Positions 9,139 through 16,849 of a stretch of DNA of 22,014 nt are shown one piece after another (position 1 is the stretch's first letter; each line of letters begins with the position of its first letter). The stretch is from a candidate division WOR-3 bacterium (GTDB lineage: Bacteria > Hydrothermota > Tepidihabitantia > Tepidihabitantales > Tepidihabitantaceae). The notes under the pieces were generated by a model that was not told the origin of the DNA, searched no databases, and saw nothing but the letters and a program-made list of their open reading frames with translations. The translations under genes and the position numbers were made by a program. The stretch is taken from the NCBI GenBank assembly GCA_965648935.1, contig CBFGIY010000038.1, forward strand, positions 1-22,014, read 5' to 3'.

Positions 9139-9460
9139 CTGGCCTCCTGCTCCCCGCGGTCCTTCCCTTCTCTGTCGCGTTCTGTCCCCACTTATGCCCG
9201 GACGGACCGACGGGGGAACGGCTCACCCAGTCAGACGCCAGCACGTTTTCCATAGAAAACAGGGCCACAACGCCACTTTGTCCCATACCCTCAGTTTGAG
9301 CGGCATTATCTGAGCTGATTGACCGCCCAAAACCAGCGCCAGCGACCGTGTGGGCCATCCTGATGCTGTACGGAACAAGAATCGGGCCGGAGTGGCAACC
9401 AGCACCGCTAGCAACAGGGCTATTGGTGCTGCGGTGGGTCTATCAGTCGCCGGTTGGGCT

Positions 9461-9991
9461 CTAGGGCCCCTTTATCTCCAGCGACCCGAACACGACCGAT
9501 GCCTCGATGTCAAGGAAGGGTGTCGAGTCGTTCAGACTGTCAGAATGCCACTTGTAGTCGCCGAAGCTGAGCGTGTTGCCGTCGGGCATCCGCGCGCCGG
9601 CAAAGGCGGCCGAGGCGCGCAGGCGTACCGGGGTCGCGGGGTCGACCTTGAGCACGGCCGCGCCGAACACGGTGTTGACCTCGACTTTGTTGCGGCCGGG
9701 TTTGAGTTCGAGCCGGGTCAGGTCGATGACGCTGCGGCTGAAGATGACGTTGTACTCCCCGGCCTTGGTGACCTCCATCGTACTCTCGTCGAAGACCGTG
9801 GTGTTGTGGGTGCGCACGCGGACGCGCGTGCCGATGAGCATCGAGACGCCGATGTAGATAAGCACCAGCCCGAACAGGATGCGGAAGAACGGTATCTTCA
9901 GCCCGAAAGCGACATTGAGGATGATGGACAGCCCGGCCAGCACAATGACCAGACCCCAGAACAGACCCGAGAAAACAAAGCCCATCTTCAC
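9461..9991 (-). CDS. LiaF-like / DUF2154-type membrane protein (cell-envelope stress associated)
   Basis: Two N-terminal TM helices (LFWGLVIVLAGLSIIL), then a beta-rich domain with YNVIFSRSVIDLT, VNTVFGAAVLKV and ASVVFGSLEIK. Strong SD AAGGAGGAGG. Confidence 0.7.
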   Translation of the reverse strand: MKMGFVFSGLFWGLVIVLAGLSIILNVAFGLKIPFFRILFGLVLIYIGVSMLIGTRVRVRTHNTTVFDESTMEVTKAGEYNVIFSRSVIDLTRLELKPGRNKVEVNTVFGAAVLKVDPATPVRLRASAAFAGARMPDGNTLSFGDYKWHSDSLNDSTPFLDIEASVVFGSLEIKGP

Positions 9992-10038
9992 AACCTCCTC
10001 CTTATAGTGTCAGCGGAATTCGCGGCCGTCATCGTGCC

Positions 10039-10067
10039 ACTATAGCACCTTCTTCCCCAGCGCGCAA
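10039..10067 (-). promoter_or_regulatory. Putative sigma70 promoter (extended -10) for the LiaF-like gene
   Basis: Minus strand TTGCGC-17 nt-TATAGT with TG one base upstream of the -10. Confidence 0.5.
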
Positions 10068-10079
10068 GCCCACGCGGGG

Positions 10080-10107
10080 TTGACCGGCGCATCGCGCGGC
10101 TGACAAT
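10080..10107 (+). promoter_or_regulatory. Putative sigma70 promoter for the thioredoxin lipoprotein
   Basis: TTGACC(10080-10085)-16 nt-GACAAT(10102-10107), followed by SD TAAGGAGG and a TTG start at 10136. Confidence 0.5.
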
Positions 10108-10135
10108 CGGGTCGAATACGTCATAAGGAGGCCCT

Positions 10136-10636
10136 TTGCGAACATTCGCCCTTGCCCTGATCGCCCTGTCCATCGCGCTTGCCGGTTGCGGCGGCGACAA
10201 CAAGCCCGCTCCCAAGGCCGAGGCCGACACGACCGCGCTGGCCACGCCGGCCGACACGACCGCAGACACTACTGCGGCCGCGCCTGCCCCGGCCGAAGCG
10301 CCGAGCGGGAATCCGGTCGAAACCAAACCGGCCGCGGCAAAGACCGTCGCCCCGGCTAAGCTGCCGATGCTGTGGGATTTCAGCGCGGAGTGGTGCCCGC
10401 CGTGCAAGCAGCTCAAGCCGATCATCGCCGAGCTGGAAAAAGAATACGACGGCCGCGTGCTGATCCGCACGATCGACACCGACGTCGAGAAGGAACTCGC
10501 CCGGGAGTACGGCATTCAGGCCATCCCAACGCTGGTGTATCTCGACGCCTCGGGCAAGGAGCTGGACCGGTCGGTCGGGCTGGTCGAGAAGTCGGCGATT
10601 GTCGAGAAGTTCAAGACTCTGAAGTTCATCCAGTAG
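10136..10636 (+). CDS. Lipoprotein thioredoxin (WCPPC) with Ala/Thr/Pro-rich linker
   Basis: Lipobox IALAG-C, low-complexity linker, DFSAEWCPPCKQLKPII and cis-Pro loop YGIQAIPTL. Confidence 0.9.
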   Translation: MRTFALALIALSIALAGCGGDNKPAPKAEADTTALATPADTTADTTAAAPAPAEAPSGNPVETKPAAAKTVAPAKLPMLWDFSAEWCPPCKQLKPIIAELEKEYDGRVLIRTIDTDVEKELAREYGIQAIPTLVYLDASGKELDRSVGLVEKSAIVEKFKTLKFIQ

Positions 10637-10654
10637 AGCATCTCGAGAGATAGC

Positions 10655-10687
10655 ACCGGCGGCGCTTAGGCGCCGCCGGTTTCTCTT
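10655..10687 (+). terminator. Intrinsic terminator after thioredoxin
   Basis: Perfect 11-bp stem ACCGGCGGCGC/GCGCCGCCGGT with TTAG loop, followed by TTCTCTT. Confidence 0.8.
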
Positions 10688-10715
10688 GACAGGCATCCAT
10701 CGGCCCGCCGGCGGG

Positions 10716-10743
10716 TTGACAAGGCAAGGGCGTGTCCTACGAT
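10716..10743 (+). promoter_or_regulatory. Putative sigma70 promoter (leaderless) for small ORF 10750-10872
   Basis: TTGACA(10716-10721)-16 nt-TACGAT(10738-10743), ATG 6 nt later. Confidence 0.55.
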
Positions 10744-10749
10744 GAACGT

Positions 10750-10872
10750 ATGACACGGCAACTGATGATTGTCGGCGGGATGCTGCTGCTTGGGGCGGCG
10801 GCGGAGGCGAGGCCGATGGACGTGTTCGACAACGCGGCAGTGATGGAGAGCCAACCGGGGGTATCGGCGTGA
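10750..10872 (+). CDS. 40-aa signal-peptide-bearing ORF (small secreted peptide or 5' remnant of a truncated gene)
   Basis: MTRQLMIVGGMLLLGAAAEA|RPMDVFDNAAVMESQPGVSA*. It has a Sec-type signal with A-x-A cleavage site and sits directly behind a good promoter. It is below the ORF-track size cut-off. Confidence 0.4.
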   Translation: MTRQLMIVGGMLLLGAAAEARPMDVFDNAAVMESQPGVSA

Positions 10873-10910
10873 GACTGCGGTATCGAAGGTCGGAGCTTCA
10901 GGGAGGCAAC

Positions 10911-10938
10911 TTGACGGGTGGGCGGTCGGGCCTGGGAT
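10911..10938 (+). promoter_or_regulatory. Possible sigma70 promoter (leaderless) for the LVIVD protein
   Basis: TTGACG-16 nt-TGGGAT (weak -10), ATG 10945 six nt later, no SD. Confidence 0.35.
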
Positions 10939-10944
10939 GACGGC

Positions 10945-13167
10945 ATGAACAGGCGGACCCCGGCTGTCTTCTGCCTCCTGCTGGCGCTCTCGGCGCTGGC
11001 TGCGGCCGCTACAGCGGCAGAGCCCGACTGGTACTTCCAGCACCCCGACGCCTTTCCCCGTCTGCCGACCAACAAGCTGTTCTATCTTGAGCAGAAGCAC
11101 GGGCTCTGCCCGAGCCAGCGGCAGCGAGACCTGCCCGAGTCGCTCAACGTACGCATGGTGGGCAAGTGGGGCGGCGGTCCAAGCTGGGCGGTCACGGGCA
11201 AGGACACGCTGGTCTACCTTTCCCGCGGCAGCGAGGTCGTAGTCCTCAGCTTCGCCGACACCGCCAACCCGAGGATACTCAACTACATCCAGGCCAAGCG
11301 GCTGGCCGGCCGGCCGGTGCTCTCCGGCAACCTGCTCTACCTCGTCACCTCGGGCTACATCGAGGTCTTCAACGTCGCTGACCCCACAAACGTGCCGCGG
11401 GTCGGCAGGCTCTCTGTCCCGGTAGCCGACATCGATGTGCAGGACTCGCTAGTCTACATCATCGGGGCTGACTCCTTCATGGTCTACAACTTCGCCGACC
11501 CCGCCAACCCGGTCCGGCTCGGGGTCTGTCGTGACAGCGGCTATGCCTTGGACGTTGACCGGGGCTATGCCTACCTGCGTGACCGGTGGGGGATGTACAT
11601 CCTCGACGCGAGAAACCCGGCCAGCCCGCGCCGGGTAGCCTCCTGGGGCACCGACATCGCCGGCGTGAAGGTGAGAGGCAACCACTGCTACGTGGCGCAG
11701 GGCCAGATGGGCTCGGGCAGCCTGCACGTGCTCAACGTGGCCAACCCGGCAGCTCCGTGGCAGGAGGGCCGGCTTTCGGGCCTGACCGGCGAGGACATCT
11801 ACCTTGTCGACACGCTGCTGTTCACCTGCGAGTTCGACATCGTCAGCGTTGCGGATTCCAGCCGACCGCGCCTCATCGGTCACCTGGCGATGCCGCAGGA
11901 CCGTCACGGAGTCTGGGCCGAAGAACGCCTGCGCCGGGCCTACGTGGCGGCCAACTACGCCGGACTGCAGGTTGTTGACCTGCGCTCACTGTCTCAGCCG
12001 GTGATGGACACCTGGCTGTTGCCGATGAGCGAGGCCTATGATGTTTCTGCAGGCATCGCCACAGCCTGCGTTGCGGCACCGTCAACTGGTTTGACAGTGC
12101 TGGACATCAGCGACCCAACGTCCGTCAGAGAGTTGGCGAACTTGGATACTGCAGGCGTGGGCCCGGTCAGCGAGGGGGTTGTGAACGCAGAATCTCTGGC
12201 ATACATCGGCTGGTGGACCTATCCTGGGGACTGCTTCCGCGTGGTTGACATAAGTGACCCTTCGCGCCCCGCCGCCGTGACTATCGTCAGTGGCTTCCGC
12301 ACGCCAAGCGCGATGGTCCTGCGCGACAGCTTCCTGTACTGCGCCGAGGACTACAAGTTCGAGGTCTTCAGCGTCGCCGACCCGCGCCAGCCGGTGTGGA
12401 GAGGGAGCTGTGACGCATACTCATCTGCATTGGGCATAGACGTGCGGGACTCGCTGGCGTTTGTTGCACCACACCTGCAGATTTTCAACGTCGCTGACCC
12501 GGCGAATCCGGTGAGAATCTACGAGACAACAGGCAACCGGGTCAACGGTCGGGGAATCGCCGCGCGCGACACGTTTGTGTACTTCCTGTCCAACTACGAC
12601 ACTCTCTGGGTATATGGCATTGCCGACCCCACGTCGCCCCACGTCGTCGGCGCGACCCCATCCGGCAGCCACCGCGGATTCGACCTCGTGCTGCGCGACT
12701 CGTACGCCTACGCCGGTTGCCAGGACTTCCGGCTGTTTGATGTAACCTCTCCTGCCGCACCGGTTCCGGCTGCGTACTACGCGACGCCCTACTACTCGAT
12801 GGACATAGACCTGAGCGGCAGGTACATCTTCATCGCCAGCTACTTGGCTGGCGTCACTGTGCTTGAACTCCTACCGGTCGGTCTGGCCGAACCTCGTGGA
12901 CAGCCGGTCTTGAACGAGACAGACGGTCTGCGTGTGGCACCCAACCCGGTGCGAGGGCGGGCGCTCGTCGAGTGGGGTCGGCGGTATGGACTTGCCTCAC
13001 TGACGCTGAGAGACGTGACCGGCCGGGAGATCGACCGCTGGGCAGCAGACTCAAGAGGTTCGACAAACAGCGTGAAGGTCGACCTCTCTCGACTCAGGGC
13101 AGGCGTTTACTTCGTTTCGGTCAACGTACAGGGCAGGTCGGTGAGTTCAAAGCTCGTGAAACAGTAG
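10945..13167 (+). CDS. Secreted LVIVD-repeat (beta-propeller) protein with T9SS/FlgD-like C-terminal sorting-type domain
   Basis: Signal peptide MNRRTPAVFCLLLALSALAAAATA, more than ten repeats of the type (L/F)xV(F/V)(D/N)V(A/S)DPxxP, and C-terminal VAPNPVR...LRDVTGR...LRAGVYFV...SSKLVKQ. Likely start is ATG 10945 rather than GTG 10918. Confidence 0.88.
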   Translation: MNRRTPAVFCLLLALSALAAAATAAEPDWYFQHPDAFPRLPTNKLFYLEQKHGLCPSQRQRDLPESLNVRMVGKWGGGPSWAVTGKDTLVYLSRGSEVVVLSFADTANPRILNYIQAKRLAGRPVLSGNLLYLVTSGYIEVFNVADPTNVPRVGRLSVPVADIDVQDSLVYIIGADSFMVYNFADPANPVRLGVCRDSGYALDVDRGYAYLRDRWGMYILDARNPASPRRVASWGTDIAGVKVRGNHCYVAQGQMGSGSLHVLNVANPAAPWQEGRLSGLTGEDIYLVDTLLFTCEFDIVSVADSSRPRLIGHLAMPQDRHGVWAEERLRRAYVAANYAGLQVVDLRSLSQPVMDTWLLPMSEAYDVSAGIATACVAAPSTGLTVLDISDPTSVRELANLDTAGVGPVSEGVVNAESLAYIGWWTYPGDCFRVVDISDPSRPAAVTIVSGFRTPSAMVLRDSFLYCAEDYKFEVFSVADPRQPVWRGSCDAYSSALGIDVRDSLAFVAPHLQIFNVADPANPVRIYETTGNRVNGRGIAARDTFVYFLSNYDTLWVYGIADPTSPHVVGATPSGSHRGFDLVLRDSYAYAGCQDFRLFDVTSPAAPVPAAYYATPYYSMDIDLSGRYIFIASYLAGVTVLELLPVGLAEPRGQPVLNETDGLRVAPNPVRGRALVEWGRRYGLASLTLRDVTGREIDRWAADSRGSTNSVKVDLSRLRAGVYFVSVNVQGRSVSSKLVKQ

Positions 13168-13176
13168 GAGGGTTGC

Positions 13177-13783
13177 ATGCGAGGGCAGCACTGGTCGATG
13201 GTAGCACTGATAGCAGCCTGTGTCCTGACGGCTTCCGCCGTCGCCGCGACACGCGCGTACTTCGTGGAACCGAAGACCGCGGCGAGCGGCTGGACGCCCG
13301 AAGACGAGTACGTCGGACAGACGTTTGCGGCCAACGTCGACAGCATCAGGTATATCGAGTGGTTTGTGGGGGAGCGAAACGCATCAGGGAAGTACGAGTT
13401 CGCAATCTTTGAAGATGGCACACCATTGTGCGAGGGAGAGGCAGACGTTCCTTCGCGCGGCTGGCAGTGGGTCAGGTGCAGCACTTTCACCGGTGGGCTC
13501 AGACTGACGAAGGGCTGTAGCTACTTGCTGAAAGTGAACCACGACGGCGGTGACTCGGTGAGCTACGTCTATCGAACCGACAACCCCTACGCTTAGGGCT
13601 CGATGGAAGTCAGCGGCGGGCCGGCAGTGCGCCAACCTGGCTGACTGCCGGCAGAAGGCGGGCTGGTATCACCTGACCTGGGACGGCACAGGCAACGGCC
13701 GCGCGCTCCCGGCCGGGGTGTACTTCATCCAACTGACTACCGACAGCGGCAGAGTGCAGAAGAAACTGGTCAGGACGGAGTAG
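13177..13783 (+). pseudogene. Collapsed pseudogene of a secreted protein: N-terminal domain plus a C-terminal FlgD/T9SS-like tail fragment
   Basis: ORF 13177-13596 has SD GGAGG and a signal peptide and ends at TAG in DNPYA*GSMEVSGG. A shifted frame 13634-13783 reads NLADCRQKAGWYHLTWDGTGNGRALPAGVYFIQLTTDSGRVQKKLVRTE*, a typical FlgD-Ig/sorting-domain C-terminus with no start of its own. Confidence 0.7.
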
Positions 13784-13816
13784 TAGGGAGAGTCTCAGGT
13801 TCTGCCCGGCCCCGGT

Positions 13817-13846
13817 TTGACATCGCTAAAGCCGGCTGACTATAAT
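13817..13846 (+). promoter_or_regulatory. Consensus sigma70 promoter for the DOMON gene
   Basis: Perfect TTGACA(13817-13822)-18 nt-TATAAT(13841-13846), with SD AAAGGAG before ATG 13887. Confidence 0.75.
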
Positions 13847-13886
13847 CGTTGTCGGTCCGGCGTTCTGCAAGACGAAAGGAGCAAAG

Positions 13887-14549
13887 ATGTTTTCACGCCT
13901 GCTGTTGCCTCTGTTGTGCCTGTGCGCGGTGCTGGCCGCCCAGCCGAAGGAAATCCCGGTGATGCCCTACGACTCGCTGATGAGCGACCGGGTATCGGTC
14001 GACGGGATGATAGAGGAGGTCGAAGAAGGCGAGGCGCCCGAGTACCCGGCGACGTTCACCGACAAGCGCACCGGGCTGAAGGTGCACTGGGGTTTCGACG
14101 ACGAATTCATCTATGTCGCGCTGGAGACCCGGAGCAAGGGCTGGGTTGCCATCGGGTTCGGGTCGCCGGTGATGGACGGTTCGAATATGATAATGGGCTA
14201 CTACACCGACGATTCGGCCGAGGTGTTCAACGAGGTCGGCCGCAACTACACCCACGCCCCGGCCCCGGGCTCAGACACCCTGTTCGACGAGTGGGACATC
14301 GACCGCGATGACGAGACCGGCGTGACCGTGATGGAGTTTGTCTACCCGCTGCAGTTCCCCAAGCTTTCCGGCCTTGCCATTCCCGGCCTCGTTCCCGGCG
14401 ACATCTATGACCTGATACTGGCTGTCAACACACGATCCTCGAACCGCGACGCCGGCCACAGCCAGCGTACCGCGATGAAGTTCCGGATGGCCGAAGTGCC
14501 GCCCAAACCGCAGCCGCCGCCCGAGGAGAAGAAAGGCGAAGGCAAGTAG
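13887..14549 (+). CDS. Secreted DOMON domain protein (possible heme-binding type)
   Basis: Signal peptide. LKVHWGFDDEFIYVALETRSKGWVAIGFGSPVMDGSNMIMGY matches the DOMON GW(V)AxGF..M.G.D/N pattern, with a C-terminal His (DAGHSQR). Confidence 0.8.
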   Translation: MFSRLLLPLLCLCAVLAAQPKEIPVMPYDSLMSDRVSVDGMIEEVEEGEAPEYPATFTDKRTGLKVHWGFDDEFIYVALETRSKGWVAIGFGSPVMDGSNMIMGYYTDDSAEVFNEVGRNYTHAPAPGSDTLFDEWDIDRDDETGVTVMEFVYPLQFPKLSGLAIPGLVPGDIYDLILAVNTRSSNRDAGHSQRTAMKFRMAEVPPKPQPPPEEKKGEGK

Positions 14550-14600
14550 GCAGGAACCGGGCAGGTTCCGGCCCGCAACTTGACAGCGGCGGTCGCGGAA

Positions 14601-14629
14601 TTGACTCTGCGGCCGCCGCCGGGTATTGT
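14601..14629 (+). promoter_or_regulatory. Putative sigma70 promoter (leaderless) for the PPIase operon
   Basis: TTGACT(14601-14606)-17 nt-TATTGT(14624-14629), ATG 14636 six nt later, no SD. Confidence 0.6.
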
Positions 14630-14635
14630 CTGCCG

Positions 14636-15940
14636 ATGAGATTACTGATTGTGATGGCGGCGGCGCTCGCCGTCCTGGGCGGCTGTGCGGCCCGGCCGGG
14701 CAGCCGGGCCGTGGCGATTGTAAACGGCCGCCCGATAACCGTCGAGGACCTGTCCCGCGCCCTGCCCTTTTCCACCGACACGACCGCGGCCGGCGACTCG
14801 GTGCGCCGCGCCGTGCTCGACGCTCTGGTGCTGAAAGAGCTGTTTGTCCAGGAGGCGGAACGGGCCGGCCTGGAGCGCGACATCGAATACCAGTACGAAC
14901 TGGAGAAGAAGGGCATCGTCACGCAGGAGCTCTACAACAGCATCGTCGCGCCGGGCAACCGGCTGGGCGAGGCCGAGCTGCAGAACGCCTACCGGATGCT
15001 CCAGACCGAGCTCCACCTGCAGGTCATCGCGGTGAAGTCGGATAGCCTGCTGCGGGTGGTCCAGGCCGAGCTGGCCCACGGCGCGCCGTTTGAAAGCGTC
15101 GCGGCGCGCCGCTCGACCCACGTCAGCGCCCGCGCCGGCGGCGACCTCGGGTTCATCCCGCTGCTGGCGGTCGAGGAGCCGTTGCGCAGCCGGGTCATCC
15201 CGCTCGAGCCGGGGCAGATGACCGAGCCGACCTGGTTCGACAACGCGTGGCAGATTGTCCGGCTGCTCGAACGCCGGCCGGCCGACCCGCCGCCCCCGCC
15301 GCTGGGCGAGCTGCGCCAGGAGCTGGAGATGCGGCTGAAGCAGATGCGCCGGCGCGAGCTGGCCAACAAGTTCCTCGCCGACCTGCGCGCGCGGCTGGAG
15401 TTCAACCCGGCCGGGCTGGACATCATGTGCAAGCCGCTCGACTCGATAACCGAGGCCGACAAGGAAGTCTGGGTCGCCATCAAGGACAAACAGAAATACG
15501 TCAAGGTCGGCCGGCTGCTGCACATCGCCGCGCGCTTCACGCCGGCGCTGGACACCGCGATGAAGAAGTATACGGTGCGGCGCGAGGTCGAGGAGGACCT
15601 GCTCTACGAGGAGGCGCTGGACAAGGGCCTCGCCGAAACGCCCGAGGTGAAAGAGAAGCTCGCGCGCAAGCGGGCCGACCTGCTGTACCAGGCGCTGTAC
15701 AAGCGCGCGGTCACCGACGCGGTGAGCGTGACCGACGAGGCAGTCGCGGCATACTACGAGCAGAACCGCGGCAACTTCGTCGACGCCGACCCGGCCGCGG
15801 TCAGCGGGATGATCCGCTACCGACTGCAGGCCGAGATGCGCGATTCGCTCTTCTCGGCGCTCAAGGACCGGCTGCGCGCGGCTGCGAATGTGAAGATTGA
15901 CGACCGGCTGATCCGGCAGGCCAGGCCGGCCGGCAGGTAG
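14636..15940 (+). CDS. PpiC/parvulin-type peptidyl-prolyl isomerase lipoprotein (PrsA/SurA-like foldase)
   Basis: Lipobox VLGG-C, VAIVNGRPIT, parvulin core FESVAARRSTHVSARAGGDLGFI...LEPGQMTEP...WQIVRL, and a second SurA_N-like helical segment. Confidence 0.85.
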   Translation: MRLLIVMAAALAVLGGCAARPGSRAVAIVNGRPITVEDLSRALPFSTDTTAAGDSVRRAVLDALVLKELFVQEAERAGLERDIEYQYELEKKGIVTQELYNSIVAPGNRLGEAELQNAYRMLQTELHLQVIAVKSDSLLRVVQAELAHGAPFESVAARRSTHVSARAGGDLGFIPLLAVEEPLRSRVIPLEPGQMTEPTWFDNAWQIVRLLERRPADPPPPPLGELRQELEMRLKQMRRRELANKFLADLRARLEFNPAGLDIMCKPLDSITEADKEVWVAIKDKQKYVKVGRLLHIAARFTPALDTAMKKYTVRREVEEDLLYEEALDKGLAETPEVKEKLARKRADLLYQALYKRAVTDAVSVTDEAVAAYYEQNRGNFVDADPAAVSGMIRYRLQAEMRDSLFSALKDRLRAAANVKIDDRLIRQARPAGR

Positions 15941-15962
15941 GATGAAGGCCGGATGCTCGATT

Positions 15963-15983
15963 CGGAGTGCGGAGTGCGGAATT
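15963..15983 (+). repeat. Short intergenic heptamer tandem repeat (CGGAGTG x2 + CGGAATT)
   Basis: Seen directly between the first and second PPIase genes. Confidence 0.5.
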
Positions 15984-16003
15984 CAGACCGAGAGGAGCGG
16001 AAG

Positions 16004-16843
16004 ATGAGATTTGCCAGCCTGGGCATCGCGCTCGCGCTGCTGCTTGCGGGATGCCCGAACAACGCCGGCCCGGCAGCGGGCAAGAGCGCGGGCACGGTCA
16101 TCGTGTCGGTGAATGCCGACCGGATGACCAAAGAGGAACTGGACAGCCTGACCCCGGACGGGTTCAAAGTGACGCGCGAGAACCTGCCGATGGTGCTGGA
16201 CAAGTGGGTGTCGAACACGCTGCTGTACCAGGAGGCGGTGCGCCGTGGAATGGACAAGGAGCCCGAGATGCGGTCCCGGCTGGAGCGGCTGCGTCGCGAC
16301 TACCTCGTCAACCAGCTCCTCGACCGGCTGACCGACTCGGTCAAGCCGACCCAGGAGGAGGCGTTTAATTACTACCTCCAGCACAAGGACGAGTTCAGCT
16401 ATGAGGTCAAGATCTCAAGCATCGTCCTGCCCGACAGCGGCATGGCCGCGCTGACCCTGGCCGAGCTGAACTCCGGCGCCGATTTCACCCGGCTCGCCAA
16501 GGAACGCTCGGCCGACGGTACGGGCGGCCAGGAGTCGCGCTACCTGTCGCGCGACTTCGGCGACCCGCGCATCGGCGGCGACCCGGACCTGGCCGAGGCG
16601 ATCTTCGCGCTCGCGCCGGGCCAGCACTCGGGCGTGGTCCGGACCAACGGCGTCTTCGCGATCGTCAAGCTGCTCGACCGCAAGAAGGTCAAGTCCGACG
16701 TCACATTCGCCGAGGTCGCGGAGCAGGTCAACGCCATCGTCGCCTACCGCAAGACCCAGGCCGCGGTCGACAGCCTGCTGGCCGAACTGCGCGCCCAGGC
16801 GAAGGTCGAGATCAAGCCCGACGCCTACTTCGGGGCGAAGTAG
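16004..16843 (+). CDS. PpiC-type peptidyl-prolyl isomerase lipoprotein
   Basis: Start ATG 16004 behind SD GAGGAG. Lipobox LLAG-C, LLYQEAVRRGMD, GADFTRLAKERSAD and GQHSGVVRTNGVFAIVKL. Confidence 0.85.
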   Translation: MRFASLGIALALLLAGCPNNAGPAAGKSAGTVIVSVNADRMTKEELDSLTPDGFKVTRENLPMVLDKWVSNTLLYQEAVRRGMDKEPEMRSRLERLRRDYLVNQLLDRLTDSVKPTQEEAFNYYLQHKDEFSYEVKISSIVLPDSGMAALTLAELNSGADFTRLAKERSADGTGGQESRYLSRDFGDPRIGGDPDLAEAIFALAPGQHSGVVRTNGVFAIVKLLDRKKVKSDVTFAEVAEQVNAIVAYRKTQAAVDSLLAELRAQAKVEIKPDAYFGAK

Positions 16844-16849
16844 CCTGAT

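Noticed and set aside
10394..10437. Vestigial SECIS after the thioredoxin CPPC (CAGCTC...GAGCTG)
   Set aside because: Both Cys are TGC, and the 6-bp stem with a long loop is explained by common Gln-Leu/Glu-Leu codons in a GC-rich gene.
10870..10914. Second selenocysteine candidate: TGA of the 40-aa ORF followed by D-C (U-x-C)
   Set aside because: Read-through adds only 13 residues before another TGA, and there is no convincing hairpin downstream (only a 4-bp GAAG/CTTC stem).
13594..13596. TAG read-through as pyrrolysine
   Set aside because: A TGA follows 15 codons later in the same frame and the conserved tail is in another frame. Decay explains this better, and no pyl genes are in view.
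14553..14569. Hairpin GGAACC-GGGCA-GGTTCC after the DOMON gene as a terminator
   Set aside because: The stem is only 6 bp and there is no U-tract, so support is insufficient.
10686..14606. Tandem TTGAC pairs (10686/10716 and 14580/14601) as a regulator-binding direct repeat
   Set aside because: The spacings differ (30 vs 21 nt) and the upstream copies lack a matching -10. They cannot be distinguished from chance or old promoters.
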